A stretch of 64,000 nucleotides of DNA, from assembly GCA_903813345.2 (NCBI GenBank), contig CAIIXF020000001.1, forward strand, positions 14,446,001 through 14,510,000, given 5' to 3'. Source of the DNA: Owenia fusiformis. Its lineage: Eukaryota. Below are positions 1 through 12,408 of this stretch, in pieces. The translations under genes and the position numbers were made by a program. Positions within the stretch are counted from its first letter, which is position 1. Each line of letters begins with the position of its first letter. Below the pieces are notes generated by a model. It was not told where the DNA came from. It ran no database searches and saw only the letters and a program-made list of their open reading frames with translations.

Positions 1-37
1 ACAGTTTGCTCAAATTTTACCATCCTCGTGTTGTACC

Positions 38-106
38 TACCCTTTGCATTCGTTTGACTTCACTTCTTAAAAGAGTGTAGTTTAACTAGACTCTGCACGC
101 AGGGTA
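38..106. mobile_element. 69-bp minimal non-autonomous DNA transposon (TACCCT...AGGGTA) with 9-bp TSD
   Basis: Flanked by the perfect direct repeat TGTTGTACC (29-37, 107-115). Both ends match the 378-bp copy at 29824-30201. Confidence 0.85.
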
Positions 107-582
107 TGTTGTACCTTAACCCGCGCGTTCAACTGCCACACTTAATTTGGTACGTGCCCTGCCTTAACACAGATTCGAGATGAGAATAGATTTTAACGGA
201 TGTTGCTTAAAATAGTTATAATGTAGTTACTAACGTCAGGGACTCCTATTGTGACGGACAAGAGGCACAAAGGTATTAACAAGAATGACTAGCTGAGAAT
301 AATTAATTACCCAGTGCATATTTTGTTTAATATAGACATAAAGAGCCATGGAAGGCCGATATATAATCATTTTTCCTTTACAAACATATTACAGATTGTA
401 ATGGATATTATTTCAATAATTTACCAGTAAATAATGTAGAAATTACACACTAACGTGATAACTCAAAGAAAATGTCATATTAATTAAGAGCTATGAGGCT
501 TTTACGATGTATAGTAAAGAAAACATTTTGTCAAACGAACGAATTGAATATCTGTAATTTCATGACATATACAAGTTGTATA

Positions 583-1427
583 CAGTGCGCCCCTAAAAAA
601 ACGTAACAAGCAAAAACATGGTAAAATCACAAAACTAGTTATAATGACATCAATTTCATTTAGTTTACCATGAAGCCTCCTCTTTCCAATGATATGCCAT
701 TTGTTCATATGCGATCATACACCACTGAATAATCATTGTTTCTTCGCGCATGGGTGAAAAGGCCTCTGAGCCAAGTTGTTAATATCCCCAATCAACTGAT
801 CCTTATTGTGCAATCAGGTAAATCATTATGTAATTGGGGCTGGGAATTAAATTCTGATCAAAAGACTTACATAACACTTGTTTCAGATTTTGATTGGATT
901 GACATAACAAACATGGAAAAAGAAGTGGCATTAACAGTAGTCAGTTAAGTCCCAATCATTGTCATCTAATGAAAGATTACTTTCCATGCCCATTCACATG
1001 GCCACCATTTCTCTACACACAGATTTGCTCGTCTCTCTATGTAAGGGGCACCTCTGAATCATCTGTGGACTCTGGCAGAGAGCAGCAACCTCATTGGTAA
1101 TTCTCTGTTAACTGTTGCAATGTCTAAAACTTGGTCCAGAGCAGATTTTGGCCCGTTATGCAAAAGGAATGATTATTCAGGGGTCTGTGGTCGTATATGA
1201 ATAAATGACATACCATTGGAAAGTGTAGACATGTGGATTCATGGTAAACTAAACAAAATTGATGTAATCATCACTGGTTTTGTCATCATGATAAACCATG
1301 CCATCTCAAATCTTCTCAGCCCTGAGATGTTTCAGGTGAAACAGAAAGATGCTATGAGTATCAGAATGGGTTTTGTGGTTTATACAATGTTTTTATTTGT
1401 TGCGTTTTTTGTTTTTGGGACGCACTG
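583..1427. mobile_element. Tc1/mariner-type MITE with long imperfect TIRs
   Basis: TA|CAGTGCG...CGCACTG|TA. About 583-760 is an imperfect inverted copy of about 1145-1427, which explains the similar ORFs 502..708(-) and 1216..1449(+). Confidence 0.8.
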
Positions 1428-1500
1428 TATAAATGTAGAGTTGATTTGATATTTGTTTTTCTCAATTAAAGAATTAGCTCTTTAAAGATTACAACATGTA

Positions 1501-4500
1501 ATGATTCAAAATGAACGTTTTATTTTGACAAACATTTACGGGCCGACAATTGATCAAGAGAAATTACCCTTTTGGACTAATATTGCCCAAAAGATTGAAA
1601 ACCCGACACGAGAAAATACACGTTTAATAATAGGAGGAGACTTTAATGTCATATTTGACGAAAATCTTGACAGAAAGGGCGGGAATCATAAAGTAAACAA
1701 ACCTGTAATAGACTTTTTTAATGAGTTCAAATTGAATTTAGATTTAATTGATATTTATAGGGTTCGTAATCCAGACGTAAAAAGATTTACATGGCGACAA
1801 AAAAAACTAGCAATAATGAGTAGACTGGATATATGGTTATGTTCGGATGACCTTCAAAATGATATTGAAAAGGTGGATATTGACACTGGTATTCTTTCTG
1901 ATCACTCTCCAATAACTCTTAATTTAAATAATCTTCATATCAAAAGAGGTCCAAGTCATTGGAGATATAATAACAGCCTATCAAAAGATAAAGATTTTGA
2001 ATCCGAATTAATTCAAAATATTGAAATATGGTCAAATGAGTCAAAAGATCTCAAGGATAAACGAGTTGTTTGGGACTTCATAAAATATAAAATTAGAGAG
2101 TTTTCAATTAAATTTTCTAAACAAAAGGCAAAAGCTAGAAGAAAATGTAGACAAGATCTTGAAAATAAACTGATAAAATTACAAGAGCAACTTGATAATA
2201 GCCCCAATGATATGGCCATTAAAAATGAATTTTACAAATGTCAATTTGAGCTTGAAAATATATTTGAGTATATTACACAGGGAGAACTGATTAGATCAAG
2301 ATCGCAAAACTTTATTGAGGGCGAAAAAGGTACAAAATATTTTTTGCAACTTGAAAAGAAAAATGCTGCAAAAAACAGTATAACACAACTTAAAAATGCA
2401 AAGGGTGATATAGTTGAAGATTTTTCAACTGTTCAGAGAAACATTTTAGACTTTTATAAAAATCTGTATTCCAAAAGTAACGCAAAAGTTGACGACAATA
2501 ATGCAAATAAATTTTTTAAAAATGTTAACATTCATAAATTGTCCGATAAGGATAAATTATCAATGGAGTCCCAAATAACAATCGAAGAATGCTTCAAGAC
2601 AATGCAAACGTTTCAATTAAATAAGTCTCCGGGAAGCGATGGACTGACAATAGAATTTTATATTTTCTTTTGGAATAATATAAAGAACTTTTTTATCGAG
2701 GCAATGAATTTTACTTTCACTAAAAAAGAAATGTCAGCATCTCAAAGAGAAATATTAATGAAACTTATTCCAAAAAAAGGTAGAGATGCTCTATTTTTGA
2801 AAAATCAAAGACCTATTTCCCTTATTAATGTCGATGCAAAAATAATAGCTAAAGTAATTTATAAAAGAATTGAAGCTTTTTTGGATAAATTGATACAATC
2901 AGATCAAGCTGCATTTGTGAAAGATAGACATATGGCCGAAATAGCAAGACTCATTGAAGATTCGATATTTTATACAAATGATAGAAACACAGATGGCGCT
3001 CTAATCGCAATTGATTTCCTCAAAGCTTTTGACTCATTAAACCATGATTTCCTCTTTCAAGCATCAGAAACATTTAATTTTGGTGACTATATCAAATCTT
3101 GGATTAAAATACTTTATACTAACATACATGCCAAAGTTATGAATTTAGGATTTAGTGGAGAACAATTTAATATTGAAAGGGGTATTAAGCAAGGAGATCC
3201 TTTGTCCCCCATACTGTTTATTCTCTCAGTAGAGTTTCTGGCACAAGCAATTAGAGATGATCATTCAATCAAAGGAATCAAAATTGGGGAAGATAAGGAG
3301 ATAAAACTTAGTATTTACGCAGATGACATGACACTTTTTGTAAGAGATAAAGAATCTGTACACCAAGCTATGAGAGTGCTAAAAGACTTTGAAAAATGTA
3401 GTGGGTTGAAAACTAATTTAGAAAAAACTGAACTCTTCACTATTGGCAAATCAAAAAATGAAACTTGGGAAATTGGTGCACTTAAACAGGTTAGAGAAAT
3501 AAAAGTTTTGGGTGTTTTCTTTAACCATGATGAAACCAAGAAATATGAGCAAAATTTTAGAGTCGTGATAAATCACTTAAAACAAACTCTTAACCTGTGG
3601 AAAACTAGACAACTAACAATAATAGGGAAAATACAAATTGTGAAAACATTTGGGTTATCAAAATTCAATTTTATTTGTTCGGTCATAGATACACCAGATA
3701 GATACCTTAAAGAAATCAATGATATTGTGTTTAAATTTTTATGGAATGGCAGGGATAAAATTAAGAGGAAATCATTAATTTCCGACTTCAAAGAAGGGGG
3801 CTTAAGAATGAGTGATTTAAAAACAAAAATTAAAAGTGCCCAACTAAAGTGGGTTCAGAAATTAATTAAAGATACAAACAAGAATTCTCCATGGACTGTC
3901 ATTCCAAATTATTACCTTCGTCAAAAAGGGGGCTTATTTGTATTGAATTGCAAGTATGATATAACTAAATTGAATATTGATATTCCAAAGTATTATAAAC
4001 ACATGCTTCAAACATTTATTGAATTGCCTCGTTCACAAACTGATATACCAGAGGAAATAATATGGAATAACAAAACAATCACGATACAAAATAAATCACT
4101 CTTCTGGATAGAATTTTTCAATAGAGGCATAATAAAAATTAAAGATTTATTTATAGATGGATCAATTAAAACATGGCACCAGATTAAGGTACAAACAGGT
4201 CTATCTGATGTATACATGCTGAAATGGTTTGGAATTTTAAAAGCCATCCCAAGAACTTGGCTTATAAGAAATAATATATTTGAAAATAATGTCAATTTAG
4301 ATGTAAAACACTGTAATTTTGATATTGTACATGGAAAAAATATATATCAGTTTAACAAATGTACATCAAAATTATTTTATTCTATTTTATTGTCGCACAT
4401 TGTTGAACAACCAACAGCGAAAGGAAAGCTTAGTATAAAATATGAATTAAACGAAGAAGACTGGAATTTTTACTATACTTATTATCATTACATTTTAACG

Positions 4501-4893
4501 TATTCTAAACACAGGGCTTTTCAATTTAAACTTATAAATTGCATTTTATATACAAATAATGATCTATTTAAATATAATGTAATACAATCGCCGATGTGCG
4601 AATTCTGTCATACTGCATTTGAAACGATTGATCACTTGTTTTATCTTTGTGAATATACAAATCAGTTTTGGAACAGTGTTAAGCAACACATTTTGAAAAA
4701 ACTCAAATATTTTGATTTAAACAATGTGCTCTTTGGCTCAAAAAAATGGAGCAAATACGAAAATATGATTATAATTATTGCAAAATACTTCTTGTATAAT
4801 CAAAAAATGCTACAAGAACTACCAGTGTACAAAAAATTCGAAATGTATTTAAAATACTGTAAAGAAAATGATAATAAGATATGGAATGAATGA
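1501..4893 (+). CDS. LINE ORF2 protein: C-terminal half of APE endonuclease, reverse transcriptase and CCHC finger (1130 aa, N-terminally truncated)
   Basis: APE motifs NIYGP, GGDFN, FTW, SRLD, SDH. RT motifs KSPGSDG, RPISLIN, DFLKAFD, QGDPLSP, YADD. C-terminal CEFC-x7-H-x4-C. No stops or frameshifts. Confidence 0.93.
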   Translation: MIQNERFILTNIYGPTIDQEKLPFWTNIAQKIENPTRENTRLIIGGDFNVIFDENLDRKGGNHKVNKPVIDFFNEFKLNLDLIDIYRVRNPDVKRFTWRQKKLAIMSRLDIWLCSDDLQNDIEKVDIDTGILSDHSPITLNLNNLHIKRGPSHWRYNNSLSKDKDFESELIQNIEIWSNESKDLKDKRVVWDFIKYKIREFSIKFSKQKAKARRKCRQDLENKLIKLQEQLDNSPNDMAIKNEFYKCQFELENIFEYITQGELIRSRSQNFIEGEKGTKYFLQLEKKNAAKNSITQLKNAKGDIVEDFSTVQRNILDFYKNLYSKSNAKVDDNNANKFFKNVNIHKLSDKDKLSMESQITIEECFKTMQTFQLNKSPGSDGLTIEFYIFFWNNIKNFFIEAMNFTFTKKEMSASQREILMKLIPKKGRDALFLKNQRPISLINVDAKIIAKVIYKRIEAFLDKLIQSDQAAFVKDRHMAEIARLIEDSIFYTNDRNTDGALIAIDFLKAFDSLNHDFLFQASETFNFGDYIKSWIKILYTNIHAKVMNLGFSGEQFNIERGIKQGDPLSPILFILSVEFLAQAIRDDHSIKGIKIGEDKEIKLSIYADDMTLFVRDKESVHQAMRVLKDFEKCSGLKTNLEKTELFTIGKSKNETWEIGALKQVREIKVLGVFFNHDETKKYEQNFRVVINHLKQTLNLWKTRQLTIIGKIQIVKTFGLSKFNFICSVIDTPDRYLKEINDIVFKFLWNGRDKIKRKSLISDFKEGGLRMSDLKTKIKSAQLKWVQKLIKDTNKNSPWTVIPNYYLRQKGGLFVLNCKYDITKLNIDIPKYYKHMLQTFIELPRSQTDIPEEIIWNNKTITIQNKSLFWIEFFNRGIIKIKDLFIDGSIKTWHQIKVQTGLSDVYMLKWFGILKAIPRTWLIRNNIFENNVNLDVKHCNFDIVHGKNIYQFNKCTSKLFYSILLSHIVEQPTAKGKLSIKYELNEEDWNFYYTYYHYILTYSKHRAFQFKLINCILYTNNDLFKYNVIQSPMCEFCHTAFETIDHLFYLCEYTNQFWNSVKQHILKKLKYFDLNNVLFGSKKWSKYENMIIIIAKYFLYNQKMLQELPVYKKFEMYLKYCKENDNKIWNE

Positions 4894-5006
4894 AGAAGGA
4901 TGTGTGTAAAATGGAGTGAATGTGTAAAATATACTTTGTAAGAATATATTACAGAAGTCAATATGTTTTTAAATAAATTTTAAAAATTAAAAAAAAAAAA
5001 AAAAAA
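1504..5006 (+). mobile_element. 5'-truncated L1/Tx1-clade non-LTR retrotransposon
   Basis: Long ORF2, short 3' UTR, AATAAA at 4972-4977, poly(A) 4989-5007, TSD ATGTAATG at 1496-1503 and 5007-5014. Confidence 0.93.
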
Positions 5007-5484
5007 ATGTAATGTTTTGACATAAATTGAAAATACCTACCTGGCTATATATTGCACACATATTTAAGAATTTCAATTCGTCGACGAACATATCATTCTT
5101 AACAATGATAATGTGGTAAAGGAAAAACCAATGACAAAGATATTTCATTCATATTCATATATTTTTGCGTATATATATATCTTTTGCGTATTTGTTGGCG
5201 TAATTAGGCGCAACATACGAGGATTGCCAAACTAGGATGGTGTTTCTACGTTCTACGTATACTTTCACCCTGGGTTCGAAAACGTAAATCTCTCATCCTT
5301 CACCACAGGGGAAAGCATAAATGTTTTTGAATACTCATGAACATGAAAATGGCCTTTCAAAACTTTGTTAACTTTCCCTGGCCTTACAAATTGAAAATAC
5401 GATGCCAATACTCCAGAGGGCGCTGTTGAAAAGGTACAAGAGAAAAAATCTTAGCTTGTATTCGCAAATGCAACTAACGGCTAG

Positions 5485-5604
5485 CGGCTACCGGATTAAC
5501 TTGCTATTTTATGACCAACTCATTTAAATATGAATGGAATAATGGCAGGTACTATTCATATTTAAATGAGTTGGTCATAAAATAGTAATCTAATCCGGTA
5601 GCCG
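5485..5604. repeat. 120-bp near-perfect palindrome (probable small foldback MITE)
   Basis: CGGCTACCGGATTA...ATTTAAATATGAAT pairs with ATTCATATTTAAAT...TAATCCGGTAGCCG; short loop. Confidence 0.8.
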
Positions 5605-6375
5605 GAATATTCATATGAAAGAACAATGACGCCTTTTGATGACGGATGTTTTATACTGAAGTGTAACAATCTATCAGGCAGTCTATCTATCTTTATCTTC
5701 ACTTTGATTTCACAATTTTCATGTCACGAAAGTTCCAATCACAATGAAATTCCTTTTTATGGCGGACAAGCATGTTTCTAAAACGTCTTTCTTTGTCGGA
5801 GTCATTGTTCTCTGTTCCTCCATTCACTGCATCTTAATATCAAGACTACACGGAAAGCTTCCGTCACTAGATATTGCTAATGACTAAGTGGAATGTCTAC
5901 CGTATTATGAGTTAGCGAGTGTTTATATGGTTTTAATGAACAATTAGTTTATGGATCAATGGATGTTAGACAAGTCCTAGAGGTGAACTTGACGAGGTTT
6001 TACAATTATCACTTGTTGTTGATATCGAGACACAGACTAGGACGTCCTATTGTCAATGTAATATCATATAACATTGACAATACGAGGCATATTTTGATTT
6101 TGATTAATTCTTGTTCTTGAGATTACTGTTGAAATATAATGAAAAAGTATAAAACGAAGACTTGCGAGTCAGACCTCCTTCACCTGAAATGATGCACTAT
6201 TGATATATATATGTATACGCATTAACACATGCGGACTATCATTGCGCGGACTGTAGCTGTTCAAATGAAAGTTGAAACCCCCCTCTTCAATGAAATTAAT
6301 GGCGCAATTTGTGTTAAAAAGGTGAGGGTCTAACATGCTAACGGAGATTCACCAGTCACAAAGTTGAATAATTAA

Positions 6376-6761
6376 CCCTTTCATCATCAAGGGATAAATT
6401 GTGAGAATAAATTATGATTTCTAAATAACGATTTTTATTATTTAAACGTCCAATGTAACAGATATACTACACTAGGATGATATATGAAACAATTGGTTAG
6501 CTTTTTAATAAGGCGGGGGTTAACGCTAAAGGTGACATGAGCACGTATTTATCGAATTGTCGCCAGGTCCACGCACGTCATTACAATTGGTCTCATTCGA
6601 CAGAATCCAAGATTCTTATCTCCAAGGTCAATGTGTACTGCATATATTAGTCTAAATATTTTCTTATGTTGCAAGTCATATTCTGTCTTGTTATTAGCGT
6701 CTATACTAGATTTGAAATTATTTTTGATTTTACATAAAATGATCCCTTGGGGATGAAAGGG
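6376..6761. mobile_element. piggyBac-type MITE
   Basis: TTAA|CCCTTTCATCATCAAGGGAT...ATCCCTTGGGGATGAAAGGG|TTAA: 18/20 TIR match, CCC/GGG termini, TTAA TSD. Confidence 0.82.
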
Positions 6762-7673
6762 TTAATTAAACAAGATTGTAACCACTGGAGCTCCGTTTCA
6801 GAGTCTTTATTTCTGACAATTTTCACTGTCCATTGGTTTATCAGACCCTCGGAAAAATAGCGTCATTCTCTTGGCTTCCATTTGCTCAACTATACATAAT
6901 TGTGTACTGTCGTTCATGTGGCCTAACACGGCGATGAGTTTGTCAATGAAGCGAAGATGATTATTTTCTTTACTTCTTTTGTCTAAAGATCAAGCTTGCT
7001 TAACTTACAAATTCCCATTCTTATCCTAGACCCAAGACACTGCCGTCAAGAACTGAAATGGAACTCATCTTATCATTGATTTATAGAGTCCAATTTCCAA
7101 TTTGTCCAAGGTCATCCACAATGAATTGTTTTCGTAAAGAATAGCCCTAGGAAATATAGTAAGTTCATTATTTTTCTTATAAATTGATTTTTCTTTTAAT
7201 TTTCAAGATGAGAGTAAATCAATATTAGCACTTCTACGGAGGTTAAAATAACTAAACTTTTAAACTATATCAATTACTTTGCAGAACATTTTATTAATTT
7301 TTTTAAGTTATAAATTCAATCAAGAATTCTGCTTGTACCGATATATATTGTCGATTTCATATTCAGTGTTGATACATTTCAAAATAAATAGATTATCTTT
7401 CTTATTTCTCATGAGATAAAGGGCATACACGCTCTCATTATTTATCCACGTAATGTAGTGTGAAAACTCCATTTATTCTGTTTAGTGGTTTGGGTTCCCT
7501 TGAGATTTCAAGACATATCGCAGCCTCTTCGTTCCTTCATAACAGAATCATTACTTCTGATAAATGAATCTTGAGCAAAAGAATGACAAGGATTTCAACC
7601 CCACAATGTACTATGTACCCTTGCTGCAAGGATGATCAACCCGATTTCGATAATGTATTTTAATGTGTATTAA

Positions 7674-9026
7674 AGGCAGAATCAGATCTATAGGGGGTGA
7701 CAAAATTGCAAGCAACATGTACAATAACGCAGATGCGAGTAGGTAGTTACCAGTTTCACCACCAGGTGGCTCGTTCGGGTCAGATAGCATGGCGGGTATA
7801 GTAGAAAGTTCCCTTTAACTTAAATAACATCTGTTTTAGTGGCTCAATTTTCATATAACCCTTATGTATCTAATAGTTATGCAAATCAAAATATGTCCAG
7901 TAAATGAAAATATTATCTGACCAATATAAGAAAAGATATTTCACTTTTTGCGATTTTGTAACATGGGCTCTATGGAGAATCAACCCGAACTAGAAGTCAC
8001 ACTTTCAAAAATAATTAAATTTTCAAACTTGATAAACAATTTTCGAAACCATATTTCTAGATGTACTTTTAGATGTAGATTTCAAATATAACATCGCTTT
8101 GACTGAATTTTGAATATTTAATGGCGTAAATCAAGACTTTTCTACTCGCATCTAGTCTATTGGCCTACCAATCTACTCTCTTTATGATCTCAAATACAAT
8201 ATCTCCAAAACGATCGGATATATGTATAAATTATGTTTAAATTCTCCCAAATAATAAAAGTGAAAACCATAAAAATAGAAAAATAACACATGATAGTAAA
8301 TAAAAATTTAAAGATTTCCAGGAATAACCATGTACCTGAAAGATTTTTAGAAAATAGACATGACAGGGAATTAGTGGAATACAGTAAAACCTGTGCATAG
8401 TGAATATTTTTTGCCGAGAAAAAGTTCTTTGTTAGTAGGTGTTCACTAAAGCGAGGATTGATATGCGGCATTTTGCAATATTAAAAAAGAGGAGGGATTA
8501 ATCAATTTATTTGTATTTTCTACCCATGATAACCCATGACACTCTAGCGATAAGTTTTTGATTTGTTGTTGTGTCATATACTTATTTTAGACTGACGGTC
8601 ATCTGAATGGTTCATCCTTTTATTATCAAATTTTAATCTCTTTTTATTAATTCTTTATAATCTCATCAAAATGGAATCCTTGGCACATTTGAGTCAGTTA
8701 AATGACTTTATTGAATTAATTCAAGGACATGAAAATCTGCGAGAAATCTTATATCTACATTCATTGTTCACTAGAGACAGGGTAATTGATTTTGCCAAGA
8801 TTTAGCGTTCACTGTTTACAATAGGTATGTGTTCACTATAGGATTTTCCTTGAACATGTGCGTCAATGGGAGAAAAAGGTTTTGCCGAATAAAAACGCTC
8901 ACTGTTGATAGGTGTTCACTAGAGAGATGTGTTCACTAACTCAGGTTTTACTGTATTATGAGCCAAAATAAATATTCTAAAATTGAATTTAGTTTGCTCA
9001 CTAGTTACGATTCTCTGATTCTGCTT
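7674..9026. mobile_element. Degraded Kolobok-like non-autonomous element, host of a nested MITE
   Basis: TTAA|AGGCAGAATCAGA...TCTGATTCTGCTT|CTAA; one mismatch each in TIR and TSD. Confidence 0.5.
8382..8953. mobile_element. pogo/Tigger-like MITE
   Basis: TA|CAGTAAAACCTG...CAGGTTTTACTG|TA; repeated subterminal GTGTTCACTA motifs (about 8439, 8829, 8912, 8929). Confidence 0.78.
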
Positions 9027-9960
9027 CTAAAATTAATTCTAAATAATTCTAAATAATGAAATTATTTATTTTCATCTTCTCCCACAATCGTACATGCACC
9101 TGTATATGTTTTTAACAATTATTCAGCGATAAACAACTTAAACCCTCTTAAACAACTTAAACCCTCTTTACTAAACTGAATGATTATGCTTTGACCCCCA
9201 CATAAATATATTCCTTTATTCCTATATTGAACATGATCATCTCTATCTTTAACGTCAAAAGTGATGACATAAGTACTCATGTCATCAATTAAGTATTGAC
9301 ATTATCTGAACATCTCTTATTTTCGTCTTTTGCATGTTGTAATGTCATAAATCAGCTTCAGCCTGTCAGTTTGACTGATAGTTAATAAAAGTGTTACAAG
9401 AAGTTCAACTCCTAAATTAAGTATAGGTTTCCACTGTACATGCATGAGTGAGTTCTGGATGAGGCGTCCTTAAACCCCAAGAGGAGAGAATCATACCATT
9501 TATCCTTGGATGTGTTTACATTTTGTACTTGGGTTGGGATGTCATTAAAAATATAAACACGCAACTATTTGCGATAATTTCAACGCATTTGCACTAGTGT
9601 AGATAGAACTCTATATACTTATATTTTTCATTTTAGAACTTTTTTCTCATTTTTCACTGATCAGCTAGGATAATTTCGTCCAATTTTAGTCAACATAATT
9701 TTGCATTCTATACTTTCTGACCAATCAGATCACAGTATAGCCATGCTATACTTTAAAGACAGACTTGGTTATTCTGTGCATCCCCCTGCTGTACACTATG
9801 ATTAAATGGCACTCTACTTGGCCAGATGTCGAAATGATTTGAAATCCAGTGTTTTCATATGGCGGTTTTGCCATATAATATGTGAAAGCGGTTAAAGAAC
9901 AGGATATGATTGTCGTTTATTGAATGCTTTCCTTTACTAAATTATGGAATATTGTGTTTT

Positions 9961-10330
9961 ATATCTTTATCGTATGATCTGTAAAATGAAGCCCTCTAAT
10001 TGGTCAGGTCTTGTGCCGTAAAAATCGTTATTGCTACTGAGATTGTCCCCATTGATCATCTCCGTAGCAATACAGACAATATTGATACGGAGGGGACAAT
10101 CTCAGTAGCAATACAGAGAATTCAGAATATGTCCAAGGGATTATCTCCTAAGTAAAATGTATTGGTCTATGATCACACGATAAAAACGTTATAGAATGAT
10201 TTGAAGTGCTATACAGGATATATTCTGCTCTCGATATTCTTTATTGGCACTCGACTTCGCCTCGTTCCAATACAGAATTTCTCGAGCAGAATATATCCTG
10301 CATTGCACTTCAAAGAATTCAATAACTTAT
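9961..10330. mobile_element. Asymmetric non-autonomous element: subterminal IR plus terminal hairpin (Helentron/Crypton-like architecture)
   Basis: IR TTTATCGTATGATC (9966-9979) pairs with GATCACACGATAAA (10171-10184). Long hairpin 10188-10326 centred on CTCGACTTCGCCTCG. Internal 22-bp IR at 10029-10050 / 10092-10113. Confidence 0.55.
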
Positions 10331-11050
10331 AGTATTGCTATTAGTTAAGTTGGTTGAATATTAGTAAAATTCACAAGAAGTCAATAGGGTAGCATAACCT
10401 CAGTTTATATCTTTGCTCTGAGCACTGATGTTATCTAAAAGGGACAACTCCAGAGGGAGAGTGTGATAAGCGAGGATCACAATCTATGTTTAAAGAAGTG
10501 AGATTTTTTTATGATTGTAAACGACATGAAAATATTGAATAACGTCTGGCATTTGGTATCACGAGACTGAGAGCCGAGCTTAATTGCTTATTGTGTTCTC
10601 TTTAAATTAGTGTTGTCCCTTGCGTTTTTCTATGACTAAAATTATGTCGATTATGGTCTATAAAAGTAAATAACGTCCTTATAAATATGGGTCTTAATCA
10701 CCTCACAAGGTATTACGACCACCATAATAATATACTGGAAAAACTATGTATCAGTTTTACGAGGTTATATGGCGACATATGTTCTTCTAAATATTTGCAG
10801 ACCCATGTTTCTAGGACCGCAATTGAATTATTTGTCAACATTTATCAGGATATTATAGGCGTCTAGCTTGTATTTTTGTCTTTACACAGTCAATAGATTT
10901 GGTTAAAATGTGTTATTATAGTTGATGGACTTCCTATTAAGATCCATTAATTATATTAAAAGGTGAACGATTCTCTAGTATTTAACAAGAACCCCGTTTT
11001 GCATATTACCAAGTTCAGTCACACCGACCTGAAGAAATAAAAGTGCTTAC

Positions 11051-11137
11051 CAGTGAGGGGCAAAGATCTTGATACGGCGGGGCCACCGTTATTTCCGTGG
11101 ACTCGGATAAAACCACACGAGCCAGGACATGAATCTT
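11051..11137 (-). CDS. Candidate 87-nt symmetric phase-1 exon of the GPCR gene (EDSCPGSCGFIRVHGNNGGPAVSRSLPLT)
   Basis: Pyrimidine tract CCCCTTTCTTCAATTTTCTCCGTTTCCAATTGCAG acceptor and CTG|GTAAGC donor. Length divisible by 3, open in the phase left by the GPCR exon, GC-richer than flanks. No transcript evidence. Confidence 0.45.
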
Positions 11138-12408
11138 CTGCAATTGGAAACGGAGAAAATTGAAGAAAGGGGAGTTGCTTATGTAACGAGAAATAACAAT
11201 CCAATAAACTCCAAAGAGATCCCTACCCAGGGATCCCAAGTACAATACGGTCGTAAACGGAGGATAGGAACGTCATACGTGCAAAGGAAAGAACTCTTAG
11301 AGGGAGGGAAATTCAACAATATGTGTGCTACACAAAAACATCGAACTCGTGGGGAGAAGTGGGTACAATAAAGAAGTAATAGCTTCAATATTTATTCAAT
11401 TCAACCCCTTGAAGCAAATTGCAATCTGATTGTTATTTGTTGTTATACACTTGACTTTCTCGTATATCCAGAATCATATCAACCATGTATAAGAGAAGTT
11501 ATACTCCAGAGAAATCATTTCAGAATTACGATATATGACAATAGTATTTCCTTTTCCTGTATCTCCTTTTTAATAAAGGGCAATAAATGTACTTTTTGCT
11601 TTCCGTGGACGTCTGTGAATTCTCGTTTCAAAGAATTATATTACAAGCTATTTCGCTAAGAATTAAAAATGAAATGAAACTCAGTGAAAATGCAATAGAG
11701 CGTTGGATACCTTCTTATAAAAGGATGAGCAAGATGTTCTCTTGTTCCATTGGATTAATTGTACCTTACTTAAAAATTAATTTATCAACTGACAATATTC
11801 AATACTCATGCGCGTTATCTTTATTCTCTTAATAAATCTATTTCTTTCCTTATCTTTTGCTAAATCAGGAAAAGTGACTTATCAGTGTTTTGAGTCCCAT
11901 TAGAAATTCTCATTGCTTGAAACTGACATTTTTGTAATACATTCTACAGTGGATTTAATCAAATTGGCTTTTGTTACATAATTGATCGTGCGATTCGAAT
12001 TTATCTTATGAAAAACAATCGTGGGAATCCGTTGTACTAATTTTATTCTTTTCTGCGTTTTTATATAATGATCTATCTTGGTGGTATTTACTTTCAGCCG
12101 ATATATGTTAAATATCTGTAATTGATCTAAGACCAGTACTTACTACTTATACTTATAATTTAAAGGTGATCCCCCTGATGTGTTCAATATTTAAAGTCAC
12201 ATATTGTAATATTAACCGATGTTATCTAAATGTGATATGTGAAATTTTTTATTTTAGTTTCAAAAAGTGCTTTTAGAAGGACTTTTCTTTCGAAAAATCG
12301 TGAATTTATTTCAAACTAAATTCACAGGTAAAAAAATTCACATGTAAAAAACCATAGGTATCTATTAGTAAGCGATAATTCGGACCGATGCATCGCATTG
12401 ATCAATAA

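Noticed and set aside
2013-4295. Short antisense ORFs inside the LINE (also 58226 and 58580)
   Set aside because: Shadow frames of the ORF2 coding strand.
9131-9168. 19-bp perfect tandem duplication
   Set aside because: Ordinary slippage or repair duplication with no associated structure.
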